A DNA stretch of 46,576 nt from Candidatus Micrarchaeota archaeon (lineage in GTDB: Archaea > Micrarchaeota > Micrarchaeia > Norongarragalinales > UBA97), in NCBI GenBank assembly GCA_021782355.1, contig JAJXUZ010000001.1, positions 1 to 46,576 on the forward strand, read 5' to 3'. The stretch's first letter is position 1. The number at the start of each line of letters is the position of its first letter. The position numbers were made by a program, and so were the translations under genes. Shown here in pieces: positions 9,804 to 17,145 of this stretch. The notes under the pieces were generated by a model. That model was not told where the DNA came from. It made no database searches and saw only the letters and a list, made by a program, of their open reading frames with translations.

Positions 9804-9929
9804 GGGCTCGTAGCTCAGCTTGGTTAGAGCGCTTGTCTTATATGACCCTCAATCGAGAAATTGATTGTTGAATAAAAGCGCACAGTCTAAGATAGCAAGA
9901 TGTCCGGGGTTCAAATCCCCGCGGGCCCA
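9804..9929 (+). tRNA. tRNA-Ile(UAU) with 51-nt intron (9843-9893) at canonical position 37/38
   Basis: Acceptor GGGCTCG/CGGGCCC, D arm GCTC..GAGC, anticodon stem CTTGT/GCAAG, spliced loop C-T-TAT-A-A, T arm CGGGG-TTCAAAT-CCCCG, discriminator A. BHB motif: 4-bp helix CTTA(9837-40)/TAAG(9888-91) flanked by 3-nt bulges TAT and ATA, with outer helix GAC/GTC. Confidence 0.85.
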
Positions 9930-9945
9930 CTTAAGTTGAGTTTAT

Positions 9946-10323
9946 ATGAAAAATAAAACAAGTCGAAGTCAAGCAGTTCGCTTAAGTTCAAATTCGATTG
10001 CAGCTGAACGTTGTTCAACTTTAATTGATTTAGCAAGAAAAGAATTTGCCAAACGACCTAATTTTTCAAACCGCTACATTGTCCTTGCAAGAAAAATTGC
10101 TATGCGCCATCGTCTTTCATTAGGTTCTAAGGATTTTTGTAAAAACTGCAACACCGTATTTATCGCGGGTAACACTTTAACCGTAAGACTTAATTCAAGT
10201 CAAAAAAACATAAGTTATCGTTGCAATGTTTGCAAAAAAGTTAGAAAATTTGGTTATAGGCTACAAAAATCTACAAAATCTACTCAACCAGTCCAGTCAA
10301 AAGGCTTCAAGGAAGCTATATAA
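9946..10323 (+). CDS. rnp4: RNase P protein component 4 (Rpp21/Rpr2)
   Basis: Basic protein with an N-terminal helical part (ERCSTLIDLARKE, RYIVLARKIAMRH) and a Cys4 zinc ribbon CKNC...CNVC. Confidence 0.75.
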   Translation: MKNKTSRSQAVRLSSNSIAAERCSTLIDLARKEFAKRPNFSNRYIVLARKIAMRHRLSLGSKDFCKNCNTVFIAGNTLTVRLNSSQKNISYRCNVCKKVRKFGYRLQKSTKSTQPVQSKGFKEAI

Positions 10324-10413
10324 ATGATTATCAGTCATAAATAATAATACATAGAGAAGATTTTTCCCTATTTAATTAAAATTCATAAGTAAAACACGCA
10401 TTCATAATTGTAG

Positions 10414-10836
10414 GTGACAGAAGCTTTGGCTAAAGAAGTATCCGGCGTCCCAAAAGGACAATTAATCGAACTAGTTTCAAAAGAATTAGAATCTAATCCA
10501 TCAATTAAAGCCCCAGATTGGGTATTTCAAACAAAATCAGGTCAACACGCAACCCGACCAATAGAAGATTTAAGATTCTGGCCAAAAAGATTGGCATCAT
10601 TATTATTGGCAGTTATGCACGAACCAGCTGGAGTAAGCAGTTTAAGAACCAAGTATGGTGGACGAAGAAAGCATTCAGTTTCTAGAACTCACCACAAACC
10701 AGCAGGTGGAAAAATCATAAGATTAGGCTTTCAACAACTTGAACTTGCAGGCTTTGTCAAAAAAGATAAAAAAGGAAGAATGATTACTCCAAAAGGAGAA
10801 AGTTTAGTTTCAAAAGTTGCATCTTCAGTTCAATAA
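10414..10836 (+). CDS. rps19e: Ribosomal protein eS19
   Basis: PDWVFQTKSGQHATRP, RLASLLL and KYGGRRKHSVSRTHHKPAGGKIIR. First gene of the conserved archaeal cluster. TTG 10426 preceded by AGGTGA (10412-17) is the likelier start. Confidence 0.9.
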   Translation: MTEALAKEVSGVPKGQLIELVSKELESNPSIKAPDWVFQTKSGQHATRPIEDLRFWPKRLASLLLAVMHEPAGVSSLRTKYGGRRKHSVSRTHHKPAGGKIIRLGFQQLELAGFVKKDKKGRMITPKGESLVSKVASSVQ

Positions 10837-10888
10837 ACTATTCTGACTATTTAGAAATTAGTAGTCTTTTTAGCCAAATGATGTTAAA

Positions 10889-11203
10889 ATGGAAAGCAAT
10901 TCGCAAAACGAACAAACTCCAAATGAAGATATGAGGAAAAAATTAGAAGAACGAATGGCGGCAAGAGAAAAAGAACTTCAATTAAGAATGCTTTTAAAAC
11001 AAGTTCTTGATTCGTCCGCTTATGAAAGATTGACAAACATAAAACTTTCTAATCCAGAACTTTATGAAAAGATTGCATCTTTATTATTGAGCTGGGCACA
11101 AAGCGGACAATTGAGTTCGAAAATTTCAGAAGAAAAATTGAAACTCATTGCTTCTAAGCTTTCACCACACAGGCAAACATCAATTACCATAAATAGGAAA
11201 TAA
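10889..11203 (+). CDS. PDCD5/TFAR19-like dsDNA-binding protein
   Basis: LRMLLKQVLDSSAYERLTNIKLSNPELYEKI matches the dsDNA_bind family. It sits in the conserved position between rps19e and rpl39e. Confidence 0.7.
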   Translation: MESNSQNEQTPNEDMRKKLEERMAAREKELQLRMLLKQVLDSSAYERLTNIKLSNPELYEKIASLLLSWAQSGQLSSKISEEKLKLIASKLSPHRQTSITINRK

Positions 11204-11227
11204 TCAAAAAGGACGGTCGAATCAAAC

Positions 11228-11398
11228 GTGGCAAAGAACAAATCTACTCAACTCAAAAACGTTATCAAAACAGCACTTAAACACAACAGAAGAGTTCCTG
11301 TATTTGTAATTACTAAAACTAATCGTACAGTAACCAGAAATCCAAAGAAGAGATATTGGAGAACAAGAAAACTCCGAGTAAACGCTGGTAAACATTAA
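11228..11398 (+). CDS. rpl39e: Ribosomal protein eL39 (56 aa, GTG start); absent from the ORF track
   Basis: Hand translation gives MAKNKSTQLKNVIKTALKHNRRVPVFVITKTNRTVTRNPKKRYWRTRKLRVNAGKH. This is highly basic with the eL39 signature NRRVP-x-W/F-V-x-x-KT and RR-x-WRR-x-KL. Conserved cluster position. Confidence 0.9.
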   Translation: MAKNKSTQLKNVIKTALKHNRRVPVFVITKTNRTVTRNPKKRYWRTRKLRVNAGKH

Positions 11399-11428
11399 AT
11401 TATATTTAAATGAAGGGGTATGTGACAA

Positions 11429-12049
11429 ATGGTTGATACTGGAAAAATTGATGAAAAAAAGCAAATGCAAGAACAGCTTAAGCAAGTTCAAAGCAACCCC
11501 GTAAAAACCGGTAGCGAAGCAGAAGCTCCAAAAGATCAAACTAAAAAAGAAGACTCCAAACAAGGGGAAGTTCAAACTACTAAATCATCTGAAGCTTCAA
11601 AAGAACAAGTTAAAGAGCAATCAGAGCAAAAGAAGGAACTTAAGGTATTAAACCAAAGAGTCACCAGTGCTCCTTTACAAGATTCCTATAAAATCAGCCG
11701 CTCACACCGAGCAAGAATGGCAATTTCGCTTCTTAGAGAGTTCGTCGCAAAGCAGGCAAAAACTAACATCAATATGGTGCGAATCGCTCCAGCAATAAGT
11801 GAACTTATAAACGTCCGAGGAAGCAGAAACCCTCCAAAGAAATTAAAGATAGTTATAAAAAAGCTTGAAGACCAATCAGTATTAGTAGAATCTGGTTTAC
11901 CTCAAAAGAAGAAAGTAGTAAGAGAAAAACCAGCAGTTGCAAAGAAAAAGCCGGTTGAAAAAAAGCCAGTAGAAAAAACTGTTGCTAAACCGGTAAAATC
12001 CGTTGCACCCACATCTACTGAAAAGCAAGCAAGCAAAGTTAAGAAATAA
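11429..12049 (+). CDS. rpl31e: Ribosomal protein eL31 with long N- and C-terminal low-complexity extensions
   Basis: The core (about aa 73-155) reads RVTSAPLQDSYKISRSHRARMAISLLREFVAKQAK...NVRGSRNPPKKLKIVIKK and is eL31-like. It is flanked by a K/E/Q-rich N-terminus and a KKKPVEKKPVEK tail. Confidence 0.8.
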   Translation: MVDTGKIDEKKQMQEQLKQVQSNPVKTGSEAEAPKDQTKKEDSKQGEVQTTKSSEASKEQVKEQSEQKKELKVLNQRVTSAPLQDSYKISRSHRARMAISLLREFVAKQAKTNINMVRIAPAISELINVRGSRNPPKKLKIVIKKLEDQSVLVESGLPQKKKVVREKPAVAKKKPVEKKPVEKTVAKPVKSVAPTSTEKQASKVKK

Positions 12050-12067
12050 GTTCAGAAGGTATTTTAG

Positions 12068-12721
12068 TTGCATTTATCCAAGTCCGCCTATTCCAACAAT
12101 TCGTTTATTGGGCTTTTTGCAAAAGCAAATAATTCTGTTGCATTGGCTCCACACCAAGCCCATACAAAATTCATTTCTTCGCTTAAAGATAATCTATCCG
12201 TACCCGTGAAAACTCTTTCTATCAGTCAATCAAACCTAATCGGTTTAAGCACGGTAATGAATTCGAACGGCATAGTTGTTCAATACCCAATGGATAAAGA
12301 AGAAAGAAAAATTCTCGATTCAATTGGCCTACCAATTTGTAAGATTGACGGTATTTCTCCAGCAATGAATATTCTAGCTAATGATTTTGGTTGTTGGATT
12401 AGTCCCCGAGTTAACGAATCAACAGCAAAAAGAATAGGCGAATGCTTAAACGTGAAAGTGCACAACCAACCATTTTCCATTCCAGCACTTGCCAGTTGCA
12501 CTGTTGTAACTAATAGTGGATTTTTAACTACAAGTGAACTTACCGAGACCGAAATCAAACACTTAGAAAAAATATTTAATGTCAAAGGCGGTAGTGGAAC
12601 TTGTAATTTAGGAGTTCCGTTTAATTCTCTTGGTGTAATTGCAAATTCAAACGGAGCACTTGTCGGTCAAGATACTAGTGGTTTTGAAGTTCAACGAATC
12701 TATCAGGCATTAAATCTTTAA
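12068..12721 (+). CDS. eif6: Translation initiation factor 6 (aIF6)
   Basis: SNNSFIGLFAKANNSVALAP plus repeated pentein-type segments (NLIGLSTVMNSNGIVV, SLGVIANSNGALVG). Cluster position. TTG start. Confidence 0.85.
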   Translation: MHLSKSAYSNNSFIGLFAKANNSVALAPHQAHTKFISSLKDNLSVPVKTLSISQSNLIGLSTVMNSNGIVVQYPMDKEERKILDSIGLPICKIDGISPAMNILANDFGCWISPRVNESTAKRIGECLNVKVHNQPFSIPALASCTVVTNSGFLTTSELTETEIKHLEKIFNVKGGSGTCNLGVPFNSLGVIANSNGALVGQDTSGFEVQRIYQALNL

Positions 12722-12739
12722 TCATTAAGAAAAGGCTAT

Positions 12740-13159
12740 TTGACAAAAATGGAAACACAAGATATCATACGTTCAAAATTATCGGAATACCGTATGCTCG
12801 AATCTCAAATGCAAGAAGCAAGTGCGCAACTTGAAGCAATGGAAAACGCAAAACAACAATTACAATCAACAATATTATCCATCCAGAACATTCCAACTGA
12901 AGGTTCTACTATTCTTCCGCTTGGTTCCGGAGTGTTTACCAAGGCTCAAATTGACTCAAATATGAAATTTATCGTTCAAGTGGGTAATTCAATTTTGATT
13001 GAAAAGGACAAAACCCAATCATTAGAATTTCTAAACAAAAGACTTACCGAATTACAATCAGCTTATTCGACTTTAAGAAATCAAGCTGATAAAATTTATT
13101 TTTCAATGAATTCACTTGAAGCAGAATTAAATTCCCTTTCAAATAGAAATCCCCAATAA
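12740..13159 (+). CDS. pfdA: Prefoldin alpha subunit
   Basis: 139 aa. Coiled-coil N- and C-termini flank ILPLGSGVFTKAQIDSNMKFIVQVGNSILIEKD. Conserved position just before ftsY. ATG 12749 is an alternative start. Confidence 0.75.
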   Translation: MTKMETQDIIRSKLSEYRMLESQMQEASAQLEAMENAKQQLQSTILSIQNIPTEGSTILPLGSGVFTKAQIDSNMKFIVQVGNSILIEKDKTQSLEFLNKRLTELQSAYSTLRNQADKIYFSMNSLEAELNSLSNRNPQ

Positions 13160-13220
13160 TGACAATTGTGATTTAGTGTTTATGACTTTAATGTTTTTCT
13201 TCAATAATGGTGTAAAGTAA

Positions 13221-14630
13221 GTGTTTGATAATTTAAGGAAGAAACTTTCTTCATTCATAGGCAATATTTCTTCAAAGCCTGCCGAGCAAGAGCAACAAGA
13301 GAAAACAGAATCAGATTCTAAAGAAGTTCAATTTGTTGAAAAATCCCCAATAAACGAATCATCAGTCCATACTACCATTCAAAAAGAACCCACTTCTCAA
13401 ATAGTTGACATCCAAGAAATTGAAAAACAAAAAACCGATGTTGAACCCAGTAAATCAATTAAAACCGAATCTAAGCACCAAAACGAAAAACATCCAAATC
13501 CCGTTCGTTTCAAATCACCTTCATCACACAAAACAACTGATTCAGATAAGAGAAACGAAATAAAAGAACCAAGGGAAATTAAACCTTTAAATACTTCTGA
13601 GTCTAAAAAACAAGTTGAATCTAAATCCGAAGAAGCTAAGCTTACTCAAGGAATTACTAACAAGGCCCAATTACCAAAATTAGAAAATTTAAATGTTAAA
13701 TCTGAATCGCCAGTCGACTTAACACCAAAAATCGGACTGTTTGCCAAGGTCAAAACCATTTTTACTAAAGAGACTGTTCTAAGCAAAAAAGAACTCGACC
13801 CAGTTTTCGATAATTTAGAAATCGCACTTTTAGAAAGCGATGTTACACCTAACACTTCAATTCAATTGGTAAATTCACTAAAATCAAAATTAGAGGGGGC
13901 AAAAGTTGCAAACTCTTCAATTAATGATTTTGTATCACAAAAAGTCAAAGAATCCTTAATCGAATTGTTCATTGCATCAGATTTCAATTTAATTCAAGCA
14001 ATCAAAACCCATCAATCCAAAACCGACCGGCCATATGTAATAGTCTTACTGGGTCCAAACGGTGCGGGTAAAACTACTACCTGTGCAAAATTAGCAAAGA
14101 AATTATTAGATTCAAACATTTCAGTTATAATATCAGCAAGTGATACTTTTAGAAAAGCAGCAATCGAACAAGCAGTTATTCACGGCAAGAATCTTAATGT
14201 AAAAGTAATAAAACAAGATTATGGTGCAGACCCTACTGCTGTTGCTTTTGATTCAATAAATTCCGCAATCTCATCAAAAACTAATGTAGTAATCGTAGAT
14301 ACTGCGGGCAGACAAGAAACTAACTCAAATCTATTAAAAGAAATAGAGAAAATGCAAAGAGTAATCAAACCAGATTTAAAATTATTTGTTGCTGAAGCAT
14401 TAACCGGACATTCTTTAGTGGGCCAAGCATTAAAGTTCAAAGAAACAATTGGATTGGACGGATTAATTCTAACTAAATTAGATTGTGATGTAAAAGGCGG
14501 AATTGCCTTATCTTTGGGTTATGAAGTAAAATCGCCCATATTATATTTAGGTACCGGTCAAAATTACGATGATTTAATTGAATTCAATTCCAATTGGTTA
14601 GTATCAAACATCATAGGAGCAAACAATTAG
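13221..14630 (+). CDS. ftsY: SRP receptor FtsY with about 180-aa charged N-terminal extension
   Basis: LLGPNGAGKTTTCAKLA, VDTAGRQE and LTKLDCDVKGG. SD GGTG (13209-12) lies 8 nt before GTG 13221. Confidence 0.92.
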   Translation: MFDNLRKKLSSFIGNISSKPAEQEQQEKTESDSKEVQFVEKSPINESSVHTTIQKEPTSQIVDIQEIEKQKTDVEPSKSIKTESKHQNEKHPNPVRFKSPSSHKTTDSDKRNEIKEPREIKPLNTSESKKQVESKSEEAKLTQGITNKAQLPKLENLNVKSESPVDLTPKIGLFAKVKTIFTKETVLSKKELDPVFDNLEIALLESDVTPNTSIQLVNSLKSKLEGAKVANSSINDFVSQKVKESLIELFIASDFNLIQAIKTHQSKTDRPYVIVLLGPNGAGKTTTCAKLAKKLLDSNISVIISASDTFRKAAIEQAVIHGKNLNVKVIKQDYGADPTAVAFDSINSAISSKTNVVIVDTAGRQETNSNLLKEIEKMQRVIKPDLKLFVAEALTGHSLVGQALKFKETIGLDGLILTKLDCDVKGGIALSLGYEVKSPILYLGTGQNYDDLIEFNSNWLVSNIIGANN

Positions 14631-14681
14631 ACAATCACCTTTTATCCCGGTTTTGGGGAAAATAAATAAACAAAGTACATT

Positions 14682-15119
14682 ATGTCAAAACATACATGTA
14701 AAGTAGGAGATGTGAAAGAAATGAGAGAAGGATATAACGGTGGACGACAAGATCGTCAAGACAGAGGCGGCGGTTATTATGGTTCTAACCGACACGGCGG
14801 CGGATACGGTGGAAGATCCGGATCAGGCGGCAATGGTGGCGGAGATTACGAAAAGCCAGTTAAAGAAGGCGAAGAATACGATGTTACTGTAGAATCCGTT
14901 GGAGAAAAAGGAGACGGAGTCTGCAAAGTTAACGGTTTTGTTATCTTTGTCCCTGGCGTTCAACAAGGTGAAAACGTAAGAGTAAAAGTAAACAAAGTAC
15001 TCAAGCGTTTCTCAATTGGAGAAGTAGTCGGACGCTCAGAATCATCTGGTTCACAAGCCCAAGCAGAATCATCAGATTCTGAAGGCTCATCTGAACAAGA
15101 AGTTGCTGACCAAGAATAA
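14682..15119 (+). CDS. TRAM-domain RNA-binding protein with Gly/Arg-rich N-terminus and acidic Ser-rich tail
   Basis: The TRAM core reads KPVKEGEEYDVTVESVGEKGDGVCKVNGFVIFVPGVQQGENVRVKVNKV. ATG 14721 lies downstream of AGGAGATGTGA and is the likelier start. Confidence 0.75.
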   Translation: MSKHTCKVGDVKEMREGYNGGRQDRQDRGGGYYGSNRHGGGYGGRSGSGGNGGGDYEKPVKEGEEYDVTVESVGEKGDGVCKVNGFVIFVPGVQQGENVRVKVNKVLKRFSIGEVVGRSESSGSQAQAESSDSEGSSEQEVADQE

Positions 15120-15135
15120 ATCTAAAATCCCATTG

Positions 15136-15175
15136 GGGCAGAAACGTTTTAACTTTTCTGTCCCATCTTATTTTT
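15136..15175 (+). terminator. Hairpin plus T-tract after the TRAM gene
   Basis: GGGCAGAAA (15136-44) pairs with TTTCTG-t-CCC (15055 offset corrected: 15155-64), a 9 bp stem with a 1-nt bulge. It is followed by TCTTATTTTT. Confidence 0.4.
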
Positions 15176-15189
15176 AGGAAATAAAAAAT

Positions 15190-17115
15190 ATGGACCAAAT
15201 AAAAATTACTTTGCCGGATAAAAAAGTTTTAACTGTTCAAAAAGGAGCAACCGTATACGATGCAGTTTCGCTTATCGGTCCCCGTTTGGCTCAAGCGGCA
15301 ATCTGCGCCAAAGTGAATTCAAAATTAGTTGATTTAAGTTATCAAATTCATTCCGATTGTGATTTAGTAGTTTGTACTTATGATTCACCAGAAGGAAAAT
15401 CCGTTCTCAATCATTCTTGCGCTCATATTCTAGCACAAGCAGTTACTTCTATTTGGCCTGAAGTTGGTTTAGGCGTCGGTCCTGCAATAGATGAAGGCTT
15501 TTATTATGATTTTTCAAAATCCGAGCCATTTATGCAATCCGACCTTACTAAAATTGAAGAAGAAATGAAGAAAATTGTGCAAGCAAATTATTCCGTTCAA
15601 AGAAAAGAAGTAAACAAGAAAGAAGCAAAAGACATTTTAAGTGTTAATTTAAAGAAAAACAAATATCGATTAATGATTCTAGATGAATTGCCAGAAGAAA
15701 TTGTAAGCTTTTATCAACAAGGTCCATTTATTGATTTATGTAGAGGACCGCACGCCCCAAGCACTGGCGTAGTCAAAGCATTCAAACTTCTAAAAGTATC
15801 TTCTGCATATTGGAAAGCCGATGCAAAAAATGACTCGTTGCAAAGAATTTACGGAATAGCGTTTCCTTCTCAAAAATTACTAGATGAGCACTTAAAACTT
15901 CTTGAAGAAGCATCTGAACGTGACCATAGAAAGATTGCAAAAGAACTCGATTTATTTTCAATTGACGATTCTGTGGGTGCCGGACTTATACTTTATCATC
16001 CAAACGGCGCAATCATCCGTTCTGAAATGGAAAAGTTTATGGCACAAGAAAATCTAAAAAGGGGTTACGTTCCCGTACTTCTTCCCCATATAATGAAATC
16101 GGATTTATGGCGTAAAAGTGGACACTATTCCAACTACAAAGAAAATATGTATTTCACCCAAATTGACGAAATAGAATATGGCTTAAAACCAATGAATTGT
16201 CCGGGACACATTGTAATTTATAATTCGGGTTCTCATTCTTACAAAGAACTTCCTTTAAGGTATTATGAATTTGCTACTGTTTATCGTCACGAATTATCGG
16301 GAGTTCTATCAGGACTTTTCAGGGTGAGAGGTTTCACCCAAGACGATTCTCATATGTTTATGACTGAATCTCAATTAGGTAACGAAGTAAGTGATTTGCT
16401 ACAATTTGCAATTTTTGTACTTAAAACCTTCGGTTTCAAAGAATTTGTAATTACCTTATCCACCAAACCCGAAAAAGCAATTGGTAGTGATGAAATTTGG
16501 CAAAAATCTACAGAATCTCTTAGGGAAGCTCTAGTTAAACTTGGAATCAAATATGAAATCGATGAAGGCGGAGGAGCATTTTACGGCCCCAAAATTGATA
16601 TTAAAATTAAAGATGCAATTGGTAGGTTGTGGCAGTGTTCTACCATTCAAGTTGATTGGAATCAACCAGAACGTTTTGATGTAAATTATGTCGGTTCAGA
16701 TGGCAACAAACATCGATGTGTAATTGTTCATCGAGCAATTTTTGGAAGTTTTGAAAGGTTCTTGGGAATTTTAATTGAGCACTATAATGGCTCATTTCCA
16801 TTGTGGTTATCTCCTAAACAAGTAAGTCTTCTTCCAGTTGCTGATAGGCATATTGATTATTGCAAATCAGTTTATGCCAAATTAAAAGAAGAAGGAATTC
16901 GCGTTCATATTGACGAATCAGCTGATAAAATAGGCGCTAAAATTAGAAACAGCCAACTTCAAAAAGTAAATTATATGCTTGTAATTGGAGATAAAGAGTC
17001 AGAAACGAATCTTCTGTCAATCAGAAATAGAAACGGACAAATTCAAAATGAAGTTAGCTTGGATTCATTTATTTCTCAATTAAGAGATGAAATTAAAACT
17101 CGCAAATTAGATTAA
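15190..17115 (+). CDS. thrS: Threonyl-tRNA synthetase, bacterial/eukaryal domain architecture (TGS, N2 editing, class II core, anticodon-binding)
   Basis: TGS domain ITLPDKKVLTVQKGATVYD. Editing-domain motifs HSCAHILAQAV and GPAIDEGFYYDF. Catalytic-core motifs YRHELSG, FTQDDSHMF and GGGAFYGPKID. Confidence 0.93.
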   Translation: MDQIKITLPDKKVLTVQKGATVYDAVSLIGPRLAQAAICAKVNSKLVDLSYQIHSDCDLVVCTYDSPEGKSVLNHSCAHILAQAVTSIWPEVGLGVGPAIDEGFYYDFSKSEPFMQSDLTKIEEEMKKIVQANYSVQRKEVNKKEAKDILSVNLKKNKYRLMILDELPEEIVSFYQQGPFIDLCRGPHAPSTGVVKAFKLLKVSSAYWKADAKNDSLQRIYGIAFPSQKLLDEHLKLLEEASERDHRKIAKELDLFSIDDSVGAGLILYHPNGAIIRSEMEKFMAQENLKRGYVPVLLPHIMKSDLWRKSGHYSNYKENMYFTQIDEIEYGLKPMNCPGHIVIYNSGSHSYKELPLRYYEFATVYRHELSGVLSGLFRVRGFTQDDSHMFMTESQLGNEVSDLLQFAIFVLKTFGFKEFVITLSTKPEKAIGSDEIWQKSTESLREALVKLGIKYEIDEGGGAFYGPKIDIKIKDAIGRLWQCSTIQVDWNQPERFDVNYVGSDGNKHRCVIVHRAIFGSFERFLGILIEHYNGSFPLWLSPKQVSLLPVADRHIDYCKSVYAKLKEEGIRVHIDESADKIGAKIRNSQLQKVNYMLVIGDKESETNLLSIRNRNGQIQNEVSLDSFISQLRDEIKTRKLD

Positions 17116-17145
17116 TTTCTAATTTAAATTAAGCATTCTGTTCTA

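Noticed and set aside
9843-9893. tRNA-Ile intron as host of a C/D box sRNA or other embedded gene
   Set aside because: It is only 51 nt long, and there is no RUGAUGA/CUGA box pair on either strand.
11222-11575. 117-aa minus-strand ORF in the track
   Set aside because: It lies antisense to rpl39e and to the 5' end of rpl31e inside a conserved operon. The translation is Phe/Leu/Ser-rich, as expected for the shadow frame of an AT-rich gene.
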